Positions 9,799-18,962 of a stretch of DNA of 64,000 nt are shown here, in pieces (positions within the stretch are counted from its first letter, which is position 1; every line of letters starts with the position of its first letter). The DNA is taken from positions 1 to 64,000 of the IMG/VR virus record IMGVR_UViG_3300028008_000009, one strand, 5' to 3'. The notes under the pieces were generated by a model. That model ran no database searches. It was not told the origin of the DNA and saw only the letters and a program-made list of their open reading frames with translations. The position numbers and the translations under genes are program-made. The DNA is from a virus.

Positions 9799-12156
9799 TT
9801 AACCAAGTTCGCCAGTATTTACAATTCTAATTGGAATGTAAATAAATTCTGCTGACTTAGTAGGTTCAATTGCAACATCAATCCAAAATTCGTTTGCATC
9901 GATTCTTGCTGCTGTATTGTTTGTTTCGTCACATACTACTGCAAAGTCTGTTACACCTCTTGTTTGTAACACACCTGACATAAAGCCATCAAACGTTGCT
10001 TTTGCATTTGCTCTTGTGCTTTTGTCATTTGGCTCAAACAAGTAAGGTCTTGCTATTACGGCAAAACGTTCTCTTAGATATGCTGTTAAACGAGCAACAT
10101 TAACACGATCAAGTGCTGATGCACCTGCATGTAATGTTTTCTGTCCAAATACAACTGTGCCTTCTGCCGGGAATCTTGCGATTGGGTTTAACTTAGCATT
10201 ATACATTGTGTCTCTGTGACCTTGTGTAAGTGATACACCTACAAATTCGCCTTCTGCATTTAAATGACCTACACCTGATGCGTTTTGTACAACACCACGT
10301 GTTAAGCCTGCTGGTGCAAACCATTGGAAGCTCACGTTATCACTAAATGCATATGTGTATAATGCCATGTGTGATGCTGGAGCAACAACGTTATCACCTG
10401 TAGAAGGGTTAGTTGTTAATGCATGTGGGTAGTAAACTGCACTGTAAGTATTTTTAGTTACTAAGCCTGCTTCGCCATTAGCTGAAGCGCCTGCGCCTTG
10501 TACCCAAGTTACTGCTTGTGCTGGTGTTAAACGGAAAGGTGCGTCAACGATAACAAAACCTGTTTCATTTCTGTCACTGTTTAGTGCTACCATTTCGTCT
10601 GTCATTTCAGGATAACCAGGAGCTGCTATTAAGCTAAATGCTACTGTTTCTGCTCTATGGTCAGCTGCAGATGCACTTGCTTGCATTGCCGCTACAACTA
10701 CTGCTCTTTGAGCATGTCTACCAAATGAACCTGATCCATCTGCTTGTGCTGGAGCATGGTTGCGCCATTTCCAAACTGTTGATAATGAACTATCGTACAT
10801 TCTTACAGTACCACCCGAATGACACATGTTAATACCTGTTGTTCCAACTGGGTGTAATAATGGATTTGCGCCGATAATTACTGATTCAAAGGCACCTGCT
10901 GCTGTATCGTTTGGTGAAAGATCACCAAATACAACACCATTTGATGATGTTTGATCTGCATTGTCTTTCTTAACCCATGCACTACCGCTTGAACGGTAAA
11001 TTGCTGGATAGCCTGCTTCATCAGTGTCGATCCAATAATCGCCTACTGAACCCACTGCTGGTGCGTCTGTTCCGTATGCTACGTTAGTTACACGCTTCCA
11101 TTTTTGTGTTCCACTATCGTCTTCAACTTCGTAAATAGCTAATTCGTTAATGTCGCCATCATGCCAAACTGTACCATCTAATGGTGCACCTGTTGGCATT
11201 GTTGATGATGCTGTTACAACAACATTAGCCCAAGAACCTGATGTGTATGCTTTTACTACTAATTTATTAGCGGCAAGTTCTAACCAAATATCACCTTCTT
11301 GTAATGTTCTAGCTACTGCAGCCGAACCGTTTTGGTTAATGTCGCTTGTAGTTCCGTCTGGATCACTTGCGTCTGCATAAAGAGCCGGAGTTGATACAAA
11401 AGAACCTGATGCTGTTGTGTATTTTGAAATATCTAATTTAACACCGCTACCTGGTGAAGTAGTTTTAACCCATAAGTCTCCAACACTTGGTGAACTTGGT
11501 TCACTGTAGTGTGGTGCAAATGTGGCACCTGAGGCATCCCATGCGCCAGCGCCTGGTGATGCTGCTGCTTTCCAATATTCAATTTCTGTTGAACCTGGTG
11601 CTGCATCAACAGTTACTAGGTATGCGCCTGTAACTGATACAGCTGCTGGTGCTGAACCATCTGTAAGTTCTACTGTTGGTGTTACTGCTACCCAACCTGT
11701 GGCTTGGTATTCAAATAATCCCCAATTTGATTTGCTTGGATTAATCCAATTTGTTCCATTTGCTGCAGGACCAGTTGGTGCTGAGCTTTGTGGGCGTAGT
11801 GCTGTTAAATCAACGTCTGCACGTACAATGTACGCAGCTGAACTTTGACCTAAAAATGAATATGCAGCTAGTAAGCCGTATTCGTTAGTTTCATCACCTT
11901 GTTGAACTGTACCGCCAACTTTATGAAAATCAACGTTACCAAAGTTTTGTGTTAGTTCTCTTTGTGATGTTACTAAAACTGGTTTTCCAGCTTTAGCTTT
12001 GACAGTTTGTGCTGCCGTTGTTGTTGTACCAGTTGGGTCAACTTTGTCCTGACCTGTAGCAATGAATAACATTGGTACTGTGCCTGTTCCAGTTGGGCCG
12101 TATACTGATTCGTCTGTAATTGTTACCTGTACTCCAGGTGAAACAAGATTTGCCAT
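9799..12156 (-). CDS. Tail sheath protein (gp18-like)
   Basis: N-terminal LVSPGVQVTITDES; C-terminal WFAPAGLTRG, FGQKT, SALDRVNVARL, FEPND, EFIYIPIR; late box at 12199-12205. Confidence 0.95.
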   Translation of the reverse strand: MANLVSPGVQVTITDESVYGPTGTGTVPMLFIATGQDKVDPTGTTTTAAQTVKAKAGKPVLVTSQRELTQNFGNVDFHKVGGTVQQGDETNEYGLLAAYSFLGQSSAAYIVRADVDLTALRPQSSAPTGPAANGTNWINPSKSNWGLFEYQATGWVAVTPTVELTDGSAPAAVSVTGAYLVTVDAAPGSTEIEYWKAAASPGAGAWDASGATFAPHYSEPSSPSVGDLWVKTTSPGSGVKLDISKYTTASGSFVSTPALYADASDPDGTTSDINQNGSAAVARTLQEGDIWLELAANKLVVKAYTSGSWANVVVTASSTMPTGAPLDGTVWHDGDINELAIYEVEDDSGTQKWKRVTNVAYGTDAPAVGSVGDYWIDTDEAGYPAIYRSSGSAWVKKDNADQTSSNGVVFGDLSPNDTAAGAFESVIIGANPLLHPVGTTGINMCHSGGTVRMYDSSLSTVWKWRNHAPAQADGSGSFGRHAQRAVVVAAMQASASAADHRAETVAFSLIAAPGYPEMTDEMVALNSDRNETGFVIVDAPFRLTPAQAVTWVQGAGASANGEAGLVTKNTYSAVYYPHALTTNPSTGDNVVAPASHMALYTYAFSDNVSFQWFAPAGLTRGVVQNASGVGHLNAEGEFVGVSLTQGHRDTMYNAKLNPIARFPAEGTVVFGQKTLHAGASALDRVNVARLTAYLRERFAVIARPYLFEPNDKSTRANAKATFDGFMSGVLQTRGVTDFAVVCDETNNTAARIDANEFWIDVAIEPTKSAEFIYIPIRIVNTGELG

Positions 12157-12253
12157 GATTTAGCTCCTTTAGTTAGTACGTAGAATCGTGTCTACTTGTA
12201 TTTATCGAAGGTGCTATAAAAAGGGGTGGTTACAGAGTTAAGTATATAGTTTA

Positions 12254-12865
12254 TTATTCAACTATAGTAAGATTTGCCCAATCAGGAACGTTATGGTAAT
12301 GTTCAATACCTTCTCCTTGCGCTGTGTTTTCATCATTTGACCAGTAATAGGGTTTACCTTCAATAGGATAACCTACGCTTACTGCAAAAGAAAATTTGTG
12401 ATGAATTTGAGGTATATTCCATTTGGTTTTCCAACTATCCCATTCTAAGAAGTTATGTGGTATACATTTTGTAAATCCTGTTTTGAGTCCTAATTGTGTT
12501 GCTTTTGCAACTAATAACCCTGATTCAAATCCAGAAAAAAACTGGCTGGGATATATATCTTTACCTCTTTCTAAAGTATAAACATAACATATAGATCCAT
12601 TTATTTGTGGTTGATATATTTTATCTGGGTTGTCTGGTTCCAATCCAAAATCGGGGTAACACAGTTTGCTTAACTCTAGCATACATTCTAAATTGCTAAT
12701 TTTAATTACAGCAACATATCTATCGCTTGTTTGTTGTGGTGGCTTTGACGCCCATTCATCTAATATAGCTATTTTTTCGGGCTCAATGGACTTGGTTTGA
12801 TCAAAGTTTCGTTGACAACTTGATAACTCTTGTAACGATGGATCGTTGTAATAATTGTTTCGCAT
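12254..12865 (-). CDS. Nitroreductase-family protein
   Basis: CQRNFD near the N-terminus, SG.L...A.QLGLKTGF.KC, VSVGYP motifs. Confidence 0.6.
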   Translation of the reverse strand: MRNNYYNDPSLQELSSCQRNFDQTKSIEPEKIAILDEWASKPPQQTSDRYVAVIKISNLECMLELSKLCYPDFGLEPDNPDKIYQPQINGSICYVYTLERGKDIYPSQFFSGFESGLLVAKATQLGLKTGFTKCIPHNFLEWDSWKTKWNIPQIHHKFSFAVSVGYPIEGKPYYWSNDENTAQGEGIEHYHNVPDWANLTIVE

Positions 12866-12898
12866 TGTGAGTATTCCTTATTGTATAGTATGTATTTA

Positions 12899-13516
12899 TT
12901 ACAATAAGTATTTTAGCGTTTGTTGACGTAGATCTTCTAATGTGCTTGTGTTATTAATCTGTCTATCAAATGTCCAACCTGCCCAACTCCATTCACTAGG
13001 GTGAACGCTTGGATATTGTGTTTCCATTAGCTGTGGTGCGTGTTCTATGTTTGCCTTACAAGCAGAGCCCCACCATTCGGGTTCACTATCTCGCCATACA
13101 ACGGCTGTTGTTCCGCCTAAACGTTTAATTACATTTAATTCATTGAAGAATCTACAGTCGCTTATAACAACATTCTTTTCAGTCATTGCAATTTGACGTT
13201 CACATGCCGCTACCCATATGTCTGGATGAAAATGTCTACGCATAACATCTGTGCCTACTTGCTGTAGTGCTAGTCTGGGTGTGAAGTTAGGAATACTTAA
13301 ACGTTCGGCCCACCATTCGTCAACAGTTTCTCTCCAGACTCTGCTTTCGGGTGTGTTACCTTCTAGTAGTATTCTATCCCATTGAAATACATTAGCACAT
13401 GCATCTTTTAGCACACCTGCAAAACTGATACGCTGAAATCCTTCTTCAATTAAGAATCCGGCCGCTGTATCTTTGCCGTGTCCAATAAGCCCACATATAC
13501 CAATTACTTTTTTCAA
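12899..13516 (-). CDS. Deoxynucleoside monophosphate kinase (T4 gp1-like)
   Basis: IGICGLIGHGKDT P-loop, SFA..LKD, TPR..LQ..GTD..R, VVISDCRFFNE. Confidence 0.9.
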   Translation of the reverse strand: MKKVIGICGLIGHGKDTAAGFLIEEGFQRISFAGVLKDACANVFQWDRILLEGNTPESRVWRETVDEWWAERLSIPNFTPRLALQQVGTDVMRRHFHPDIWVAACERQIAMTEKNVVISDCRFFNELNVIKRLGGTTAVVWRDSEPEWWGSACKANIEHAPQLMETQYPSVHPSEWSWAGWTFDRQINNTSTLEDLRQQTLKYLL

Positions 13517-13540
13517 TGAAATCTCCTATAACTTTAATAT

Positions 13541-13569
13541 ATTATAGTGGAATATTAGGAATTTGTCAA
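13541..13569 (-). promoter_or_regulatory. sigma70-type promoter for dNMP kinase
   Basis: Perfect TTGACA-17-TATAAT. Confidence 0.85.
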
Positions 13570-14183
13570 GAAGTATAATTTGCAACAAACATATTGCAAC
13601 CTGGAACTATTTTAGGTTCTTTGTTAAATTTTTCTGCCCAGTCAAATAATGCATTTCTTACTTCTTGCCAATGTATATCATCGCCACATAGTACTGAAAC
13701 ATCTTTAAAGTATTCAAGTTGATCATACACTTCTTTGTATGTGTGATCTCCATCTAAATATACACCATCAAATTGTATACTTTGTATTTGTTGTTTAGAA
13801 TCTTGAAATGATACTGGTATAATATCTTTTATAATATTATAATTTTGATGCTGTGATATTAATTCTATCATAATATCTTGTTGAGTTTTGTTATTAGAAT
13901 AGGAATCATCTAAATAGTTGTTTACTTCAGTTGTATATGGCATCAAGTAATCCAACTGCTCATGTTTAAGTGTTTTATAATCTAACATAAACAAATCAAC
14001 TATGTAGTATTCAGTAGTTGGCGGTAATACATCAAGCCAGCCCCAAGTACTACGCCCCCATCCACATCCAATTTCTAAAAATTTAGGATTGTCTGGTAAT
14101 TGATTAACTATTTTTTGATAATACTTGTGTTGTAGTGGATCTACCCAACCAGGCACATCTGATGCAACATTGCATTGATACAT
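13566..14183 (-). CDS. Class I SAM-dependent methyltransferase (Methyltransf_24-like)
   Basis: LEIGCGWGRST motif I, VYLDGDHTY, LCGDD. Confidence 0.8.
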   Translation of the reverse strand: MYQCNVASDVPGWVDPLQHKYYQKIVNQLPDNPKFLEIGCGWGRSTWGWLDVLPPTTEYYIVDLFMLDYKTLKHEQLDYLMPYTTEVNNYLDDSYSNNKTQQDIMIELISQHQNYNIIKDIIPVSFQDSKQQIQSIQFDGVYLDGDHTYKEVYDQLEYFKDVSVLCGDDIHWQEVRNALFDWAEKFNKEPKIVPGCNMFVANYTS

Positions 14184-14188
14184 GTATA

Positions 14189-14926
14189 TTATCCAATAAC
14201 AAAACCTAAGCCGCTTTGTCCATCATTATATAATGTTAGCTCAGTTTCTAATTTGTCTATCTCAGTCATTGCATCAGTTCTAAGCTGATCTGCATTCATT
14301 GTTGTTCCACCTTGTGGTCCTGCAATCTGTGTAAACTTACCACGTGCTTCAGCTATCATAAGTTTTGCATGACATAATGCATAGTCTTTAAGCCAAGGAC
14401 CAGCATATTGATCAGTTAACAAACCTTCATCTGTTCTATAGTTATAGCACCAAAGCACACAGTTGTCAGGTGCTTTAATTTTTCTATGGATAATAAGTTT
14501 TTTATCTTGATGACGCCAAGTAAACATAAGCTCTGCTCCAAACAAGCGGCCCATTGTTTCTCTGCTTTGTTGTAAGAAGTCAAATGTAGCTAATCCACCT
14601 TTACGTGAAGAGCCGAGCAAGTATGTTTGCATGTATGCTGATTGAAATGGTTCAAAATCGTTACCACTACTTGCACTTACACCAGTTGTACGTCTAAAGA
14701 TATCACGTACTTCAATAACTTCGGTTGGTAATGTATATTCACTTTGATCAACTAATAGTTCCATAACAATAAAACTTTCTTCGACTGCATTTTCACTTCG
14801 CTGTCTATACTTTTGTAAACTTTTGTTAATAGCTAGTTCATAATGTTCTGGATCAAGCTCAACGTCGACCATTCCTCCGCCTAAACGAAGTTCAATTTCT
14901 TTTTGTAATTCTGCTTTTTTACTCAT
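14189..14926 (-). CDS. Neck protein (gp13-like)
   Basis: LRLGGGMVDVELDPEH, WLKDYA...K...AEARGKF..I.GP.GG..MN; late box at 14962-14968. Confidence 0.85.
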   Translation of the reverse strand: MSKKAELQKEIELRLGGGMVDVELDPEHYELAINKSLQKYRQRSENAVEESFIVMELLVDQSEYTLPTEVIEVRDIFRRTTGVSASSGNDFEPFQSAYMQTYLLGSSRKGGLATFDFLQQSRETMGRLFGAELMFTWRHQDKKLIIHRKIKAPDNCVLWCYNYRTDEGLLTDQYAGPWLKDYALCHAKLMIAEARGKFTQIAGPQGGTTMNADQLRTDAMTEIDKLETELTLYNDGQSGLGFVIG

Positions 14927-14976
14927 GAATACATTCTCCTGGAATTCTTTTCCTTACTATGTATTTATCATAGTAC

Positions 14977-15690
14977 CTAGATATTTAACATACGTTCACC
15001 GTACCTAACAGGATTCTCTAAGCATTCATTGAGATAATGTCTAGCTGATTGACGCCAGGCTGCATAACAATCGTCTTTTAAATCTTCTATAAATAAGATT
15101 TGTTCAAAATCTGTAGTTCTATAATAATCCATATCATGTTTATATGTGAAATCAATTAGATCATCAGTTGAAGATGTATGTTTAAAGCTATGTGTTTCAA
15201 TTATGTCAGGTGTATGTGAAGTATAAGTTAACCCATTCCATGCTTCGTTGACATCACTAAATGGTTGATATATGTTATTGCATGTGGGTAATTTATAATC
15301 TAGGAAAATAATTTCTGTAGATTTTTTCTGAGCCCATCTTGCATGTAATCTACTTCCGCCTGGATGTATAACATGACCATTCTTAGAATTTTGTGAATAA
15401 CATACTGGTTTGTAATGTATTTCTTGATCTGCCATCCACAAATATTGAATTAAATGTCTACACATCTCACTTGTAGGATTTTCAATAAAGTTTGATGGAT
15501 CATTAATAAAAAAATCATAATTATCATTAATAGAGTGCCAATTATTTCTAACAAAAGTTATATGACGAGTCATATGACTTATAGCTTGGTCTTCTATATT
15601 ATAAATTGTGCTTGCTTCTAATGTTCCTATATTGCCACCTAATTTTATATGATTGTTATACCATCTTACAAAATCATTGTATGCACTCAT
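14977..15690 (-). CDS. Hypothetical protein
   Basis: 237 aa, AT-rich, coupled to the upstream ORF; contains IHPGGSR. Confidence 0.7.
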   Translation of the reverse strand: MSAYNDFVRWYNNHIKLGGNIGTLEASTIYNIEDQAISHMTRHITFVRNNWHSINDNYDFFINDPSNFIENPTSEMCRHLIQYLWMADQEIHYKPVCYSQNSKNGHVIHPGGSRLHARWAQKKSTEIIFLDYKLPTCNNIYQPFSDVNEAWNGLTYTSHTPDIIETHSFKHTSSTDDLIDFTYKHDMDYYRTTDFEQILFIEDLKDDCYAAWRQSARHYLNECLENPVRYGERMLNI

Positions 15691-16295
15691 TTTAATAAGT
15701 CCTCAGAAAGTTCCACTAATGTATCAGCATACTTTATATCTACTTCAGAATCAGTATTTAATTTATCAATGTTAGGTACTTCTTTATTTGCTAAGTCTTC
15801 CAAGAATATATAATTAGTTTCATCTGGGTTTAAGTAGCTTATATCCAGCTCGTCCATGCTTACATGCTTTAGTTTATCTACTACATTACCTAAGAATGGA
15901 TCTCTGATATCAAAGAATTCATATCTACCTGTTTCAAATATAAAGAACTTTCTAAAAACATAATCATCTTTTACAAATGCACTTAGATGTGGGAAGCGTC
16001 TAACAATTCTTGCACTCTTAGGACCAAACAATGTACCAGAGAATACATATATAATTTTCCATATTCCTATTTTTGTTAGCTCTTGTACTGCTACATCAAA
16101 ATCTAGTCTATCTTCAAATAATACAATATTGTTAAAGCCGGCATGTTGAGCAGACTCAAGTGATAACTTTCCTAGTTTCTGATCTAAATCAACATCAAGC
16201 GAGGGAGTTTCAGTGTTCTTACAATCTATAATTACACCAAACTTATCGTCTTCGTTTTTGTTAAAAATTTCATATGGATTAATAAATGCGAACAT
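15687..16295 (-). CDS. Hypothetical protein
   Basis: 202 aa, start/stop overlaps with both neighbours. Confidence 0.7.
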   Translation of the reverse strand: MFAFINPYEIFNKNEDDKFGVIIDCKNTETPSLDVDLDQKLGKLSLESAQHAGFNNIVLFEDRLDFDVAVQELTKIGIWKIIYVFSGTLFGPKSARIVRRFPHLSAFVKDDYVFRKFFIFETGRYEFFDIRDPFLGNVVDKLKHVSMDELDISYLNPDETNYIFLEDLANKEVPNIDKLNTDSEVDIKYADTLVELSEDLLK

Positions 16296-17602
16296 TAAAA
16301 TACCGCCAGTATTATTGTTTCGTCGTTGAACCTACCATTAAGTTTTGTTTCTGTTGTTTTTAGTGTAGCAAACAACTTCTCTGTTTTAGATCTTGTTGTT
16401 TTCTTAATCTGTGGTAAAAACTCATCTGTTTTACGAACAGTTCGTTGTACACTCTTATTCTCATCATAGCCTTGCAGTGTTGTGCCTTTAACACTAAGTC
16501 CGCTACCTTCACGTTGCATTCCTCTTGGGTCTATATTACTTGCATAGTAGAGACCAATTTTACGATTCTTACAATTGAATACCATGGCAATATTTGCCCC
16601 AATTAATTTTTCTGCGGGTACACTTGCAATACCATAGTTAGTATCACTCATTTTAAACTTCAACTTTTTAACTAACTGATCCGCTGATTTAAGTTTTGCT
16701 TTACGTGGCTTTCGTTGTGCTTTATTTTCTACAGAAATAATATCACATGCATCAACAATACGCTGGAACATTTCCAGTATACTTTTTGCTTGTTTAGATG
16801 TTAAATGATTGTATCCTTCTTTAAGTTGAGCATACATATCTTGATCGTACTCGCTCATCTTTTTTAGTTTAGCACTGGTTGGAAAATTTACTAAGTCATA
16901 AATCTCATCACGCTCGCCTTGATACCAAGTTTTAATTAAACGTGCATGTCCGGCTTTGGCTTGTTCACGTCTAAGAATTTTTGCTGGTTCAAATTCTTTT
17001 AGTGCTTTAGTATCATGTGTTTCTAAAAATGAAACTACAAATTCTTCTATTTCAGTAGCCATTACAATACATGCTTCACGCATACGTTCTTGTATAGTAG
17101 GCTGATATGTATTTGCTTTTTCTTTTACAATTTCTTGTTTAGCCTCAAGTATAGGTTTGCCGGCTTTTATTGCAATTTTAATTTGCTTTCGTAAGAATTC
17201 ACCAAGTGGTTTTAGGTCACCCATTGTGCCTGGTAACGACTGCCAATATTCATCTGCTTTTTCGTTGTACTCTGGCATTCCAGATAATATTAATTTTGCT
17301 GTAATGCCTGCTGTTACACTCAACGAATGCCCTGGTGCGGCCTTTACTGCTTTTATATCTTCTTTGGTAAACTCATCACCTTGTTGTATCATCCATGCAC
17401 CAACGGCTGGATAAAGATCTGCAGGTTTATAATTGTGGTAATACCATTCACGGGCATGTGTTGACTTGCGGTGAAATTCTTCACCTGTCCAATCTTCCCA
17501 TCCTTCCCATGATGGTGAATCAAGTTTGGCGCCTCGTTTAATACGTGGAGCGCCTCTGACAACCTTTTTCTTTTTTCGGGTTTTTATATTTGTTGTTGCC
17601 AT
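16295..17602 (-). CDS. Hypothetical early protein
   Basis: 435 aa, basic; SD GGAGA; TTGACA-17-TAACAT upstream at 17630-17658. Confidence 0.75.
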   Translation of the reverse strand: MATTNIKTRKKKKVVRGAPRIKRGAKLDSPSWEGWEDWTGEEFHRKSTHAREWYYHNYKPADLYPAVGAWMIQQGDEFTKEDIKAVKAAPGHSLSVTAGITAKLILSGMPEYNEKADEYWQSLPGTMGDLKPLGEFLRKQIKIAIKAGKPILEAKQEIVKEKANTYQPTIQERMREACIVMATEIEEFVVSFLETHDTKALKEFEPAKILRREQAKAGHARLIKTWYQGERDEIYDLVNFPTSAKLKKMSEYDQDMYAQLKEGYNHLTSKQAKSILEMFQRIVDACDIISVENKAQRKPRKAKLKSADQLVKKLKFKMSDTNYGIASVPAEKLIGANIAMVFNCKNRKIGLYYASNIDPRGMQREGSGLSVKGTTLQGYDENKSVQRTVRKTDEFLPQIKKTTRSKTEKLFATLKTTETKLNGRFNDETIILAVF

Positions 17603-17659
17603 TTGATTTCTCCATTAAGTTTAGCATATATGTTAATACAGTTTGTTAGTTTTGTCAAC

Positions 17660-17776
17660 CTACTCGTTTTCAAACTCACTATCTAGTGTTTCTTGATCAA
17701 CATCTTCGAACCATACATCTTCCATTGCAATTACGTCTGCTGGCATATCTTCGAATTTTACAGTTTGATTTAACAT
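17660..17776 (-). CDS. Small acidic protein (38 aa), not in ORF track
   Basis: MLNQTVKFEDMPADVIAMEDVWFEDVDQETLDSEFENE; SD AAGGA; own promoter TTGACT-17-TATACT. Confidence 0.65.
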   Translation of the reverse strand: MLNQTVKFEDMPADVIAMEDVWFEDVDQETLDSEFENE

Positions 17777-17806
17777 TTTGGTTCCTTTTACTTAATTTAC
17801 TTATAC

Positions 17807-17835
17807 AGTATAAGACATCTTGGCGGAGAAGTCAA
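17807..17835 (-). promoter_or_regulatory. sigma70-type promoter
   Basis: TTGACT (17835-17830), 17 nt spacer, TATACT (17812-17807). Confidence 0.7.
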
Positions 17836-17836
17836 G

Positions 17837-17866
17837 AAAAAAGTGCAGAAAAGAATCCTGCACTTT
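17837..17866 (-). terminator. Terminator after SbmA-like gene
   Basis: AAAGTGCAG-loop-CTGCACTTT followed by a T-run. Confidence 0.7.
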
Positions 17867-17886
17867 CAATAGGTTATAATTTTTCT

Positions 17887-18858
17887 TTATTTTTCGTTGA
17901 TTTGTCTTTCAAATTCTCTTAAACGTTTGAACACACTCATTAACTCAATAAGTGTTGGCCACGCTCTAAAGAGATATTGCATTGAGCCTTCAACTCTACC
18001 AAATGCTCTAATAATCTGTTGCATTACACCTAGTGTTACAACGCCGGCTACAATAGCTGGTGCTAGGAACACATAAGCACTTAATACGTTTGCTTGTAAG
18101 TATGTAATACGTCCTACATTAAAATACAAATAACGCAAATAAGACTTAAAGTGAATACCACGAACATCTGCAAATAATTCATCAATAGTTTTTGGTCTTA
18201 CTGTCTCATCATCTTCTGCAATAACGAGTATCTTTCGGTATGCCGCTTCTTTCTTCTGTAAGTCATATTCTACACCCACAAGTCGTAGTAACCAACCTAG
18301 TGCGATTAAGAATAATGTTCCACCTACTGACCAAACAATAGCACCTGTAACAAGTCCATATTGCCAATCACCAAAGAAGAAGATAGGAATACCAACTGAT
18401 AGTCCTAATAGAATAGGAACGAACTGAACTAGAACCATAATTGATTCAATAAAACTTGTTCCTAAGCCTTCCATAATACGACTAAACTTAATAGTATCTT
18501 CTTGCACACGCTGAGCGGCGCCTTCAATAGTTCTAGCTTTGTCATATACACTATGATACCATTCGACCATTGCTGTGCGCCATCTAAATAGATAGTGTGC
18601 TGTAAAGAAACTTACTACTACTGCGATACCTACATAGATAGCCGCTAAGTATAAGAAACTTGCTAAACTGCCCCAATATTCACCTATGGTGATTGCATTG
18701 GGTGTTGCTAATGCCTTTTGAATCATATCATAAAATTGGCCAAACCATTCGTTAATCTTAACATCAATCTCGACTTGTATCCAAAGCGATGATAGGATTA
18801 TTGCTGATCCTAGCCAGGACCATAAAGCCCATTTTTTTACTGTAAAAAATCTAAACAT
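17887..18858 (-). CDS. SbmA/BacA-like inner-membrane peptide transporter
   Basis: Multiple TM segments; INEWFGQFYDMIQKAL, FRWRTAM, IEGAAQRVQEDT, QKKEAAYRK.LV.AED, FGRVEGS.QYL...W..LIEL.SV.KRL..FE typical of SbmA/BacA. Confidence 0.85.
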   Translation of the reverse strand: MFRFFTVKKWALWSWLGSAIILSSLWIQVEIDVKINEWFGQFYDMIQKALATPNAITIGEYWGSLASFLYLAAIYVGIAVVVSFFTAHYLFRWRTAMVEWYHSVYDKARTIEGAAQRVQEDTIKFSRIMEGLGTSFIESIMVLVQFVPILLGLSVGIPIFFFGDWQYGLVTGAIVWSVGGTLFLIALGWLLRLVGVEYDLQKKEAAYRKILVIAEDDETVRPKTIDELFADVRGIHFKSYLRYLYFNVGRITYLQANVLSAYVFLAPAIVAGVVTLGVMQQIIRAFGRVEGSMQYLFRAWPTLIELMSVFKRLREFERQINEK

Positions 18859-18933
18859 AATTTTTCCTCTTTATAATGCTAGTTAAGATTAACTACGCAT
18901 ATAACTATTTACCATCTTGGAAGTTCGCAAGTC

Positions 18934-18940
18934 ATAAATA
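18934..18940 (+). promoter_or_regulatory. Late promoter box ATAAATA for gp14/gp15 operon
   Basis: CATAAATAC ~22 nt upstream of ATG 18963. Confidence 0.65.
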
Positions 18941-18962
18941 CTGTATATAATAGGAAAACCAT

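Noticed and set aside
17686-17922. 78-aa plus-strand ORF
   Set aside because: It spans a terminator and promoter of the opposite strand; the 38-aa minus-strand ORF with SD and promoter explains the region better.
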